64,000 nt of DNA, taken from contig CAWBMP010000003.1 of NCBI GenBank assembly GCA_963790025.1, positions 64,001-128,000 of the forward strand, in the 5' to 3' direction. The notes under the pieces are model-generated. The model ran no database searches. It was not told the DNA's origin and saw only the letters and a program-made list of their open reading frames with translations. Source of the DNA: Nitrospirota bacterium. GTDB taxonomy: Bacteria > Nitrospirota > Thermodesulfovibrionia > Thermodesulfovibrionales > Dissulfurispiraceae. The translations under genes were made by a program, and so were the position numbers. Shown here piece after piece: positions 8,791 to 17,069 of this stretch; positions within the stretch are counted from its first letter, which is position 1, and each line of letters begins with the position of its first letter.

Positions 8791-10041
8791 TTACTTCGAC
8801 AGTACAGGTCCACTCAGAGTACGGAGAAAGGCTTCAATCTCCCCTAATTCCTTGTCGCTCAATTCACTGTGGCCGAGTTCATGACTCTTCGACTGCCGGT
8901 AAAACTCGAGGACCTCTCTCAGGGTCGAGAATTGACCGGCATGCATATAGGGAGATCTTTCGGCAACATTCCTCAACGTAGGAGTCTTAAAAGCGCCAGC
9001 ATATTTTGCGGTATCCGTATCCAGGTATCTCAATTCCGCACAGTCCCCGGAACCGGCATCGCTGTATCTGCCCATGCAGTTAAACTCATCTGAGAGCACC
9101 TTTCTGATGCCGTCAGCCCTTCCATTGTCATGAGGCAGCTGGGCAGGCTCAGGCACGCCGGTATTGTGGAAGTCGCCATTGGTAAAGAGAGGGCCATTAT
9201 GGCAATTTGTACATTTGGCTTTGCCTATGAAGAGCCTGAGGCCTTCGGCTTCCTCGGTAGTAAATATCTTTGACAGGGAAGTAGTATCTTTGTCGGTGAT
9301 GGCCTCGGCATACTTGTCAAATCGCGACTGGCCCGGAAGGATGGTCCTGACATAGGCCTCAATTGCCTTACCCATATTTGCATAAATGCGGTCAACATTA
9401 TCACGTTGGGCCGGTGTCATCGACGCCCATGCTTTGAGAACGGCTATATCTTCAGTGGTCGGGCAGGCAGCCACATTTTTTATGTCGGGTATCTTGCCGA
9501 AAATTGTTTCATATTCATGCCGATAAGTCTTACAGATCAAATAGGCGCATGATGTCCTGGTAAAACCGTGCTCGACGTTGCTCTCAAGGGGCCCCAGCGC
9601 CTGAGACCAGAGGCTGTCCTTTCTCCCGTCCCAGAAAAACCATGCATTATAGGCCACACCGAGCAAAGACATCGACCTCCTTGTTGTAAATCCCATACCA
9701 TGGGCCAGCGGGAGGTCATCAGTAAAGTTCATATCGGACCTGTGACAGGTGGCGCATGAAACTTTCATGTTCCCGCTGAAACGAAAATCGAAGAACAATT
9801 TTTTACCGAGGGCCATTGCAGCAGGATCATCGGCGTGAGCGTTGGACGGATCTTTTGGCAGTGGAGGAAGGGAGCCGATCCACAAAGAACGAATTGCGGA
9901 AATCTCCTTTGGGTCCCACGAATGAATACCGGTTTCTGCGGCACTTGAGATCAATACCTGACTACACCAGACCGTAATGATTACGACAAATAACAGTGCC
10001 GACAAGTCAATATATTTTTGTGCAGGCTTATAGGTTTTCAA
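8791..10041 (-). CDS. Di-heme cytochrome c peroxidase-family protein of MauG/MbnH type
   Basis: Two CXXCH (CATCH, CTNCH), FWDGR, FKTPTLRNV..PYMHAG, Tyr 14 residues after that His. Confidence 0.88.
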   Translation of the reverse strand: MKTYKPAQKYIDLSALLFVVIITVWCSQVLISSAAETGIHSWDPKEISAIRSLWIGSLPPLPKDPSNAHADDPAAMALGKKLFFDFRFSGNMKVSCATCHRSDMNFTDDLPLAHGMGFTTRRSMSLLGVAYNAWFFWDGRKDSLWSQALGPLESNVEHGFTRTSCAYLICKTYRHEYETIFGKIPDIKNVAACPTTEDIAVLKAWASMTPAQRDNVDRIYANMGKAIEAYVRTILPGQSRFDKYAEAITDKDTTSLSKIFTTEEAEGLRLFIGKAKCTNCHNGPLFTNGDFHNTGVPEPAQLPHDNGRADGIRKVLSDEFNCMGRYSDAGSGDCAELRYLDTDTAKYAGAFKTPTLRNVAERSPYMHAGQFSTLREVLEFYRQSKSHELGHSELSDKELGEIEAFLRTLSGPVLSK

Positions 10042-10055
10042 TACCGCTACTCCTG

Positions 10056-10892
10056 CTATGGCACAACCAGATTAAAGGTATCAACATCTTCCATGCCCTG
10101 GGTCTTTATCTTAAATGTCAGCACCCACCATCCCGGCATACTGAATTTCAGCCCATTCACAACATAATCTCCTGGAGACGTATCTTCAGTAACCTCTGGC
10201 ATAGTTGGCAGGCCGTGGCCATGTTCCGGCATGCCCCCGCTGACGGACACTTCGGCATTTTTTACGGGCTGGCCGTCCGGCGTCTCTATTCTCAGTTTCC
10301 AGCTGATGATCCTGCCGTAGGGAATCGGTATTACATCGCTTGCATAGGAAACTGTGAACAGTTTTTTTAACGACGAGCGCACTGTTGAGGTATCGAGGTC
10401 CGCAGGCGACGAAGAATACATATTGTTATGCTCATCCGGCGACACGGATGCTGAACTTTTGACGTCCGGAAAATCAAATGTGACATTGTCCTCTGCATCG
10501 TTTTTCTTAATCTTCAATTTCAGGTCCCAGCGCCCTTCCATTATAAGGATTACATTTTCCACGCTATATACGCCGCCGCCCCTCTCTTTGACCACGGGCT
10601 TCTCAAAAACGCCATGACCCATCTCCGGCATCCAGGGAACGACCTTTAATTCTGCACCCGCCACGTCTTTGTCATTTAAGTCGTGCACGATGATGTCGAA
10701 AGAATTAACTCCTACTTTGAGCTCTTTATCTTTGATCACTATCTCCGCAGAATACAGCCCCTTGTCAGTCATCTTGAAGAGGCTCTGTTCATAGTGCTTG
10801 GTGTGATGGTCCAGGGCGGAATCGCCCGAATGCAAGGCAAAGACTGCACAGGGGAAAAGCACGGCAGCTATGGCAAATAAAACAGCTCTCAT
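10056..10892 (-). CDS. Periplasmic protein with two YtkA/FixH-like domains
   Basis: Signal peptide; two domains with MPEMGHG..MEGRW and MPEHGHG..MPGWW. Confidence 0.8.
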   Translation of the reverse strand: MRAVLFAIAAVLFPCAVFALHSGDSALDHHTKHYEQSLFKMTDKGLYSAEIVIKDKELKVGVNSFDIIVHDLNDKDVAGAELKVVPWMPEMGHGVFEKPVVKERGGGVYSVENVILIMEGRWDLKLKIKKNDAEDNVTFDFPDVKSSASVSPDEHNNMYSSSPADLDTSTVRSSLKKLFTVSYASDVIPIPYGRIISWKLRIETPDGQPVKNAEVSVSGGMPEHGHGLPTMPEVTEDTSPGDYVVNGLKFSMPGWWVLTFKIKTQGMEDVDTFNLVVP

Positions 10893-10964
10893 GGCAGGTA
10901 CCTCGCTTCGCTCGGAATATGATTTCTTATTATGTCCTTACTGTAAGCTGTAATATGTTTAATG

Positions 10965-11001
10965 AGTCAGGGCAGGCATTATTATTGACCCTGCCCTGAC
11001 C
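10965..11001. terminator. Intergenic hairpin
   Basis: GTCAGGGCAGG...CCTGCCCTGAC inverted repeat. Confidence 0.5.
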
Positions 11002-11008
11002 CATCAGA

Positions 11009-11761
11009 CTAGTTGGAGCCTGCTGAAGGCATATTGGAAAGCAAGTCGATGACTTTCATAGCAGCTTCAGCATGCTGATGAGTCATCGCCATCATGGGGG
11101 ATTTTTCCATCGTCATGCCCTTTGCTTTCATCATTTCCATCATCTCTTTGCTGCCCATAATGTCCGAGACCATGGACTTCGCATCAGCCAGCATCTCTTT
11201 TCCATGATCAACGGTCAGTTTGTCGATGGTGCCGGCCATTCCCATCTGACCAATCATGATCAGATTTGCGCCTTGCGCAGCCATTTCAATTGCGTGGTTG
11301 ATCATGATATGCATGTGATGCATTGTCATCATGCCGGGCGCTGACATGTCTTCCATGGACATTTTTTCGACTATGTCCGTTACTTTAAGCATTGCTTCTC
11401 CCAGCTGATGCGTATAATCCATCAGGGGATCTTTGCCGTGTTTCTTCATCATGGCCATCATCTCCGGGCCGTTTAAAGAGCGAGTGATCAGCTCTTTACC
11501 AGCTTTTGTCATGTGATGTCCGTGATGAAGCATCTTCTCATCAACTCCCTGCGCCATCTTCATCTGAGCAAGCATTGCCAGGTTGGAACCCTCTGCCACC
11601 ATCTCGAGGCCATGGTTCATAAGCACATGGAAATGGTGCATGTGCATGGCGGCATGGCCCTTGTGTTTCATCTCCTCTGCATTTGCAAGACCCAACATCG
11701 CAAAACACAAAATAACCGCTAATACCAGAATCTTATTAAACCCCTGCATACTACCTTTCAT
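11009..11761 (-). CDS. Exported His/Met-rich protein with an internal duplication
   Basis: AGGAGG RBS, signal peptide, repeats MHHFHVLMNHGLEMVAEGSNLAM and MHHMHIMINHAIEMAAQGANLIM. Confidence 0.8.
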   Translation of the reverse strand: MKGSMQGFNKILVLAVILCFAMLGLANAEEMKHKGHAAMHMHHFHVLMNHGLEMVAEGSNLAMLAQMKMAQGVDEKMLHHGHHMTKAGKELITRSLNGPEMMAMMKKHGKDPLMDYTHQLGEAMLKVTDIVEKMSMEDMSAPGMMTMHHMHIMINHAIEMAAQGANLIMIGQMGMAGTIDKLTVDHGKEMLADAKSMVSDIMGSKEMMEMMKAKGMTMEKSPMMAMTHQHAEAAMKVIDLLSNMPSAGSN

Positions 11762-12105
11762 ACATAAACCTCCTTTGTTTTGCCGGCCTGAACCGGTTAG
11801 TGAATATCTCAAATATGTCTTAATCTTACATAAACTATACTATATTTCTATCCATTTGCCTATTCCGGTAGGCTGGGCTCTGATATGCCTGATAATCTGG
11901 AGTCCCACCGTTAATAGAAAATGGTGGAATAATAGCTTCAATATCAAATAGTTATACTTAACGCTTTACTAAACAGGATAAATTTATATTCTTTCATTAA
12001 GAAGATTGTGTGTTGATAAAGTGGCACATCTTCAAGGAAGCTGGCGTTGATGGGAAAAGATTTGCTGACGTAGGATAGTAGACGCAGAAGTGGGAGGTGG
12101 ATTTT

Positions 12106-12420
12106 ATGAACAAAATGTTGATGATAGTATTTGCGGTTTCCCTTACTTGGGTTGCCATTGCCGACAACAATATTAGATATGGTGGACCGTTCGTATCTCC
12201 GTTGATTGCGAAAAACGATTCTTTGTATGGAAGCGGGAGCGGATTTGCACCATCCTGGACGGACAAAACTACGACTACGATGGCGTGTGCTGAGAGCACC
12301 GATTTCCATAACATTTCAGTTGGCGATCAGGTGAACATAAGGTATGAAGAGAGAGGAGGCAGGTATATTGCTTCATTGGGTGACAGCTCATTCCCGCTTA
12401 TGGCCTGTAATCTTCGGTGA
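12106..12420 (+). CDS. Small exported hypothetical protein
   Basis: GGAGGT RBS, signal peptide, OB-fold-like ISVGDQVNIRYEERGGRYIA, downstream terminator. Confidence 0.55.
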   Translation: MNKMLMIVFAVSLTWVAIADNNIRYGGPFVSPLIAKNDSLYGSGSGFAPSWTDKTTTTMACAESTDFHNISVGDQVNIRYEERGGRYIASLGDSSFPLMACNLR

Positions 12421-12454
12421 AGCCGGACATGATCGGGGAAACCGATTCAGCCTG

Positions 12455-12493
12455 AAAAGAGAGAGCGTCGTGAAGCCACGACGCTCTCTTTTT
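12455..12493. terminator. Bidirectional intrinsic terminator
   Basis: AAAAGAGAGAGCGTCGTG-AAGC-CACGACGCTCTCTTTTT. Confidence 0.75.
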
Positions 12494-12664
12494 ATGTGGC
12501 GGGGTCATCACTCTCGCTCAGTGATATCTCTTATAAAAGTGAATTGCATGGATCCATCCGGAAAAAATTGACTTAACGCCCTGCTGTGTATGGCATAATA
12601 GTAAAAAAGTGCATATTCGGCGCCTTCTGCACAGAAGCCGTGTGCGATAAGAGGAAAGGATATT

Positions 12665-13216
12665 ATGTTGCAAGAAATAAGCGGTCTGGTTCGGGGAAGT
12701 TTCAGAGTAGCTTTGCAAGCGTTACTGCTTGCGAGTTTCTTTGTCCTGCTCTTGTGTTTGTTTTACGGTTGTTCTGACCAAAAGGTTATGCTGAGAACCG
12801 GCCAGACTGCTCCGTCCTTTTCACTATCGGATATTAACGGAAAGACGTGGAGATTACCCGAAGACCTGAAGGGCAAAGTAGTCGTCATACGTTTTTGGGC
12901 CGACTGGTGCAAGTCCTGCGCGGAGGAGATGCCCGCAATAGAAAAGGTCTACAATAAATACAAGGACAAGGGGCTATTCATTCTTGCAGTCAATATAGGA
13001 CAGGAAAGGGATGCTGTGATTAAATTCGCGAACGAGATCAAAATCTCCTATCCTGTGCTCCTCGACCCGGGCACCGTGGTAACAAAGCACTATGGCGTTA
13101 CCGGTCTGCCGATAACCTTTATCATTGACCGCAACAGTATTATGAGGCAGAAGATACTGGGTGAAGTCGGTCAGACGGTATTTGATGAACTTGTGCTGGA
13201 ACAACTGAACAAATGA
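12665..13216 (+). CDS. TlpA/ResA-family thiol-disulfide oxidoreductase lipoprotein
   Basis: FWADWCKSCAEEMP active site, LFYGC lipobox-like sequence, GLPITFIID. Confidence 0.88.
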   Translation: MLQEISGLVRGSFRVALQALLLASFFVLLLCLFYGCSDQKVMLRTGQTAPSFSLSDINGKTWRLPEDLKGKVVVIRFWADWCKSCAEEMPAIEKVYNKYKDKGLFILAVNIGQERDAVIKFANEIKISYPVLLDPGTVVTKHYGVTGLPITFIIDRNSIMRQKILGEVGQTVFDELVLEQLNK

Positions 13217-13217
13217 A

Positions 13218-13709
13218 ATGTTAAGAAGGTATATTATGCCTTTGAGGCTCTTGGTTGCAATCATATGTCTTGTTGTTTTCAATGCATCACCGGCTGCTGC
13301 TGAAAGAAAGCCGGTTAATCCTGCAAAAAAAGACAAATGCCCGGTCTGCGGCATGTTCGTAGCAATGTACCCTGACATCATTGCTGAGATAATATTCAAG
13401 GATGGCACATATGCAGCCTTCGATGGCTGCAAAGACATGTTCAGGTATTACCTGAACATGAAGAAGTACAATCCTTCAAAAAACATAAATGATATTGATT
13501 CCATATATGTGCACGAATACTACGACCTTCGCTTTATTGACGGCCGCAAGGCTTATTATGTAGCGGGCGGCGATGTCCACGGTCCGATGGGCAGGGAACT
13601 GATACCGTTCCGTACAGAGGAAGACGCTTCGGCATTCAAGTATGACCACAAGGGAAAGATATTGAGATTCGGGGATGTAACGGAAGCAGTCGTGAAAACA
13701 CTTGAGTAG
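13218..13709 (+). CDS. NosL-family copper chaperone
   Basis: CPVCGM, FDGCKDM, GGDVHGPMGRELIPF. Confidence 0.88.
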   Translation: MLRRYIMPLRLLVAIICLVVFNASPAAAERKPVNPAKKDKCPVCGMFVAMYPDIIAEIIFKDGTYAAFDGCKDMFRYYLNMKKYNPSKNINDIDSIYVHEYYDLRFIDGRKAYYVAGGDVHGPMGRELIPFRTEEDASAFKYDHKGKILRFGDVTEAVVKTLE

Positions 13710-13753
13710 ACCTTAATGCGGCAATTAGCTGAAACTATAGTTTCTTTCATGGG

Positions 13754-14056
13754 ATGGAACAGATGAGAAAATCGAGTATATATTTCATCTATCTTGCGGT
13801 GAACCTTGCACTGGTGTTCCTATTGTCCATACACGCAATAGTTGCCGTAAAGAATGCCGCCTCCGGGCTGAACTTAAAAGCGGAAATTGTGAAAAAGCTT
13901 GAGCTTACGGACCTTTGTCTCTTTACTGAGGCAAGATATACGAGGCACCTCTCACAAACCGATTTCAATACCCCTTTTCAGGACCACCCGATGTCCCTTG
14001 AACACTTTCCGTCGGGGTCTGTTGTGGAACCACCAGCACACTTGCGAAGGAAGTGA
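13754..14056 (+). CDS. Membrane-anchored hypothetical protein of the NosL-ABC cluster
   Basis: N-terminal TM; LTDLCLFTEARYTRH...FQDHP...HFPSGS; operon position. Confidence 0.7.
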   Translation: MEQMRKSSIYFIYLAVNLALVFLLSIHAIVAVKNAASGLNLKAEIVKKLELTDLCLFTEARYTRHLSQTDFNTPFQDHPMSLEHFPSGSVVEPPAHLRRK

Positions 14057-14088
14057 TACAGTTTATAAAGGTGGGAGAGGGTTAAGAG

Positions 14089-15216
14089 ATGAAATGGCTT
14101 GAAAAACAGCGGAACATCATAGACTTCACACTTTCCTCACTATTGAGGAGAAAAACGAAGAACATGGCGCTGATGCTTGTCTATACGCTGGTAGTCTTCG
14201 TAATGGCGTCCGTCATGTTTTTTGCCGATGCAGTAAAGAAGGAGGCCTCAATAATACTCAGGGACTCCCCGGAGATAATTGTTCAACGATTGGTTGCCGG
14301 CAGGCAAGACCTTGTGCCTCTGGAATATATCGAAGGCATAAGAAAAATAAGGGGAATACAATCTGTAAGGGGAAGGCTTTGGGGGTATTACTTTGAACCC
14401 GTGGTCAGGGCTAATTTTACGCTCATGGTGCCGGAAGGTGGCACCGAAAAGGGCAAAGTCGAGGTCGGCAAAGGTATCCTCAGGAGCATGCTGGCATCCG
14501 AAGGAGACATTCTTTCACTGAGAAGCTACAAGGGGGACTGGGTTGTTCTGAAGATAAAGGGCGCGTTGTCGTCCGAATCCGAGTTGGTATCCTCCGACCT
14601 GATACTGATCTCCGAAGAAGACTTCAGGAGAGTGTTCAACATATCGAAGAGGTACTTCACCGACCTTACTCTTAAGGTGCGCAATCCCAGGGAGCTTACC
14701 ACCATAGCCAAAAAAATACAGGACCTTTACCCGGATACAAGACCTATAGTCAGAGACGAGATACTGAGGACCTACGATTCGATTTTTAACTGGCGAAGCG
14801 GCATACTGCTTGTGATAATGGCTGGCGCGGGCCTGGCGTTTATCATATTTGCGTGGGACAAGGCGTCCGGCCTGAGCGCGGAGGAGAAGAAGGAGATAGG
14901 CATCCTTAAGGCCATAGGTTGGGAGACGTCCGATGTGATACTGATGAAGTTCTGGGAGGGGACGGTCATTTCCCTATCATCCTTCCTCGCAGGGATAATC
15001 CTGGCTTATTTCCACGTGTTCTTCACATCTTCAACACTTTTAGAACCGGTGCTTAAAGGGTGGTCCGTTCTTTACCCTGACTTCAGGCTTACGCCATTTA
15101 TAGACGGGGCACAGGTGATGACCCTTTTTTTTCTGACGGTCCTGCCTTACACTGTTGCGACCATCGTTCCGTCATGGAGGGCCGCATCGGTCGACCCGGA
15201 TTCGGTAATGAGGTGA
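14089..15216 (+). CDS. ABC transporter permease, FtsX/MacB/LolE-like
   Basis: N-terminal TM, periplasmic domain, EKKEIGILKAIGW, PSWRAASVDP. Confidence 0.88.
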   Translation: MKWLEKQRNIIDFTLSSLLRRKTKNMALMLVYTLVVFVMASVMFFADAVKKEASIILRDSPEIIVQRLVAGRQDLVPLEYIEGIRKIRGIQSVRGRLWGYYFEPVVRANFTLMVPEGGTEKGKVEVGKGILRSMLASEGDILSLRSYKGDWVVLKIKGALSSESELVSSDLILISEEDFRRVFNISKRYFTDLTLKVRNPRELTTIAKKIQDLYPDTRPIVRDEILRTYDSIFNWRSGILLVIMAGAGLAFIIFAWDKASGLSAEEKKEIGILKAIGWETSDVILMKFWEGTVISLSSFLAGIILAYFHVFFTSSTLLEPVLKGWSVLYPDFRLTPFIDGAQVMTLFFLTVLPYTVATIVPSWRAASVDPDSVMR

Positions 15217-15235
15217 CGGTAAATAAGGGTTATTT

Positions 15236-15964
15236 ATGATAGAGCTATCGGACATAAGGAAGGTTTTTAACAGCGGCAGACCTAACGAGTTTACCGCGCT
15301 TGATGGGGTGACACTGTCAATTGATTCTTGCAAGATAACGGTGCTCAAGGGGCCGAGCGGGTCTGGCAAGACCACTTTGTTGGGCATTATAGGCTGTATG
15401 GCGAGGCCTACTTCTGGAAGGATACAACTGACCGGCCGGCTGACAAAGTGCGTAACTTTTCTGGTCAAAGGCACGGCTGCGGAAGTGACCAGCCTGCCTG
15501 AGAGGTTCCTCACCGACATTAGAAGGCGGGCCTTCGGCTTCATCTTCCAGCAGTTTAACCTCATCAACGGCATAACAGTCCTGGAAAATGTCATGTTACC
15601 GGCCTATCCAATCGGGGAGGACTTTAAGCCGCTTAAGGAGCGTGCCTCAAGAATTTTAAGCGATTTCAACCTCTCCGGCAAGCTATTTTCAAAGGTGGAA
15701 TGGCTCTCCGGCGGGGAGGCGCAGAGAGTGGGTATAGCCAGGGCGCTTATAAACGACCCGGCAATCATAATAGCCGACGAGCCCACTGCCCACCTGGACA
15801 CCAAACTATCCGGTGAGTTCATGGAAATCGTGGAAAAGTTGAAGGGGGAGGGTAAAACAGTTATCATGGCCAGTCATGACCCCATTGTCTTCGATTCCCC
15901 CATCATAGACCGGACAGTGGAGATGAGGGACGGAAGGTTAAGCGGGGGGCGTCAACAGCAATGA
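15236..15964 (+). CDS. ABC transporter ATP-binding protein, LolD/MacB-like
   Basis: [35 protein letters not shown]. Confidence 0.9.
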   Translation: MIELSDIRKVFNSGRPNEFTALDGVTLSIDSCKITVLKGPSGSGKTTLLGIIGCMARPTSGRIQLTGRLTKCVTFLVKGTAAEVTSLPERFLTDIRRRAFGFIFQQFNLINGITVLENVMLPAYPIGEDFKPLKERASRILSDFNLSGKLFSKVEWLSGGEAQRVGIARALINDPAIIIADEPTAHLDTKLSGEFMEIVEKLKGEGKTVIMASHDPIVFDSPIIDRTVEMRDGRLSGGRQQQ

Positions 15965-16962
15965 TCCTGCATCCCTCCATCATCGCCCTCTTTCTATCTT
16001 CAGTACTGATAAGCATGCTTATTCTCTACTCATCTTATTATGGGATACTAATATTGAGGAAGTGGGACATAAAGAGCGGCAGCGAACTGCAACTGGACCT
16101 CGAAAGGAGGACCTACCTCATCTCCACTGTTCTCACATATGTTTTCGGCTTCCAGCTCATCTCACTCTTCCTATACGTTTATACTGCGGACATCCTCCAC
16201 CCCCTCTTTGTCGGAGCCATGTGTGCTTCCGGTACGCTGAGTGTCAACTCCTACGGCTATCCCACACTGATACTAAAAGTCTTCAACTTCATAACTGCTG
16301 GGCTCTGGCTCGTACTGAACTATACCGACAACAGGGCTTACGACTATCCACTTATCAAGAACAAGTACAGGTTCCTTATTGTCATAACGCCTTTAGTAGT
16401 TGCAGAGACCTTTTTGCAGACAAAATATTTCCTGGGGCTGAAGCCCGACATCATCACCTCGTGCTGCAGTACTCTCTTCACGAGCGATTCAACCAGCTTT
16501 GCTTCGGATTTAGCCTCGGTGCCCAGTATCCCAGGCAAGATTGTCTTTTATGCGATTATGATGTCGACCCTTGCATCAGGGTTGTATTTTTACCTCAAGG
16601 GCAGGGGCGGCTACGTATTTTCCTCCCTTTGCGGCATATCGTTTGTTATGGCCATAATTTCCATAATATCCTTCTTCTCGCTCTATTACTACGAACTTCC
16701 ATCCCATCACTGCCCGTTCGATATACTGCATAAGGAATACTTCTACGTCGGTTATCCGCTGTATCTGTGTCTCTTCATGGGAACTGTTGCCGGCACGGGT
16801 ACGGGTGTGCTGATGCCATTCAGGAAGGTGGCGAGCCTGATGGAAATAATCCCGGTCATACAGAAAAGGCTTATTCTCTTTGCCCTTGTGTGTTTTTTGA
16901 TCTTCACCGTAATGGTGACTTTCAAGATGGTTTCCACGCCGTTCAAACTTGAGGGGTATTAA
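15961..16962 (+). CDS. Polytopic membrane protein with Cys/His motifs
   Basis: Multiple TM segments; GAMCA, ITSCC, YELPSHHCPF. Confidence 0.75.
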   Translation: MILHPSIIALFLSSVLISMLILYSSYYGILILRKWDIKSGSELQLDLERRTYLISTVLTYVFGFQLISLFLYVYTADILHPLFVGAMCASGTLSVNSYGYPTLILKVFNFITAGLWLVLNYTDNRAYDYPLIKNKYRFLIVITPLVVAETFLQTKYFLGLKPDIITSCCSTLFTSDSTSFASDLASVPSIPGKIVFYAIMMSTLASGLYFYLKGRGGYVFSSLCGISFVMAIISIISFFSLYYYELPSHHCPFDILHKEYFYVGYPLYLCLFMGTVAGTGTGVLMPFRKVASLMEIIPVIQKRLILFALVCFLIFTVMVTFKMVSTPFKLEGY

Positions 16963-16982
16963 TTGTAGTGCTGATGGTGAAA

Positions 16983-17015
16983 GCCACGAGGTCTTTCACC
17001 AGACGACCTCGTGGC
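16983..17015. terminator. Hairpin between convergent genes
   Basis: GCCACGAGGTC...GACCTCGTGGC. Confidence 0.55.
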
Positions 17016-17069
17016 CGGTTACAGTGATTACACATTGCCGATCTATCACATCATGCTGCAGATGTAAAC

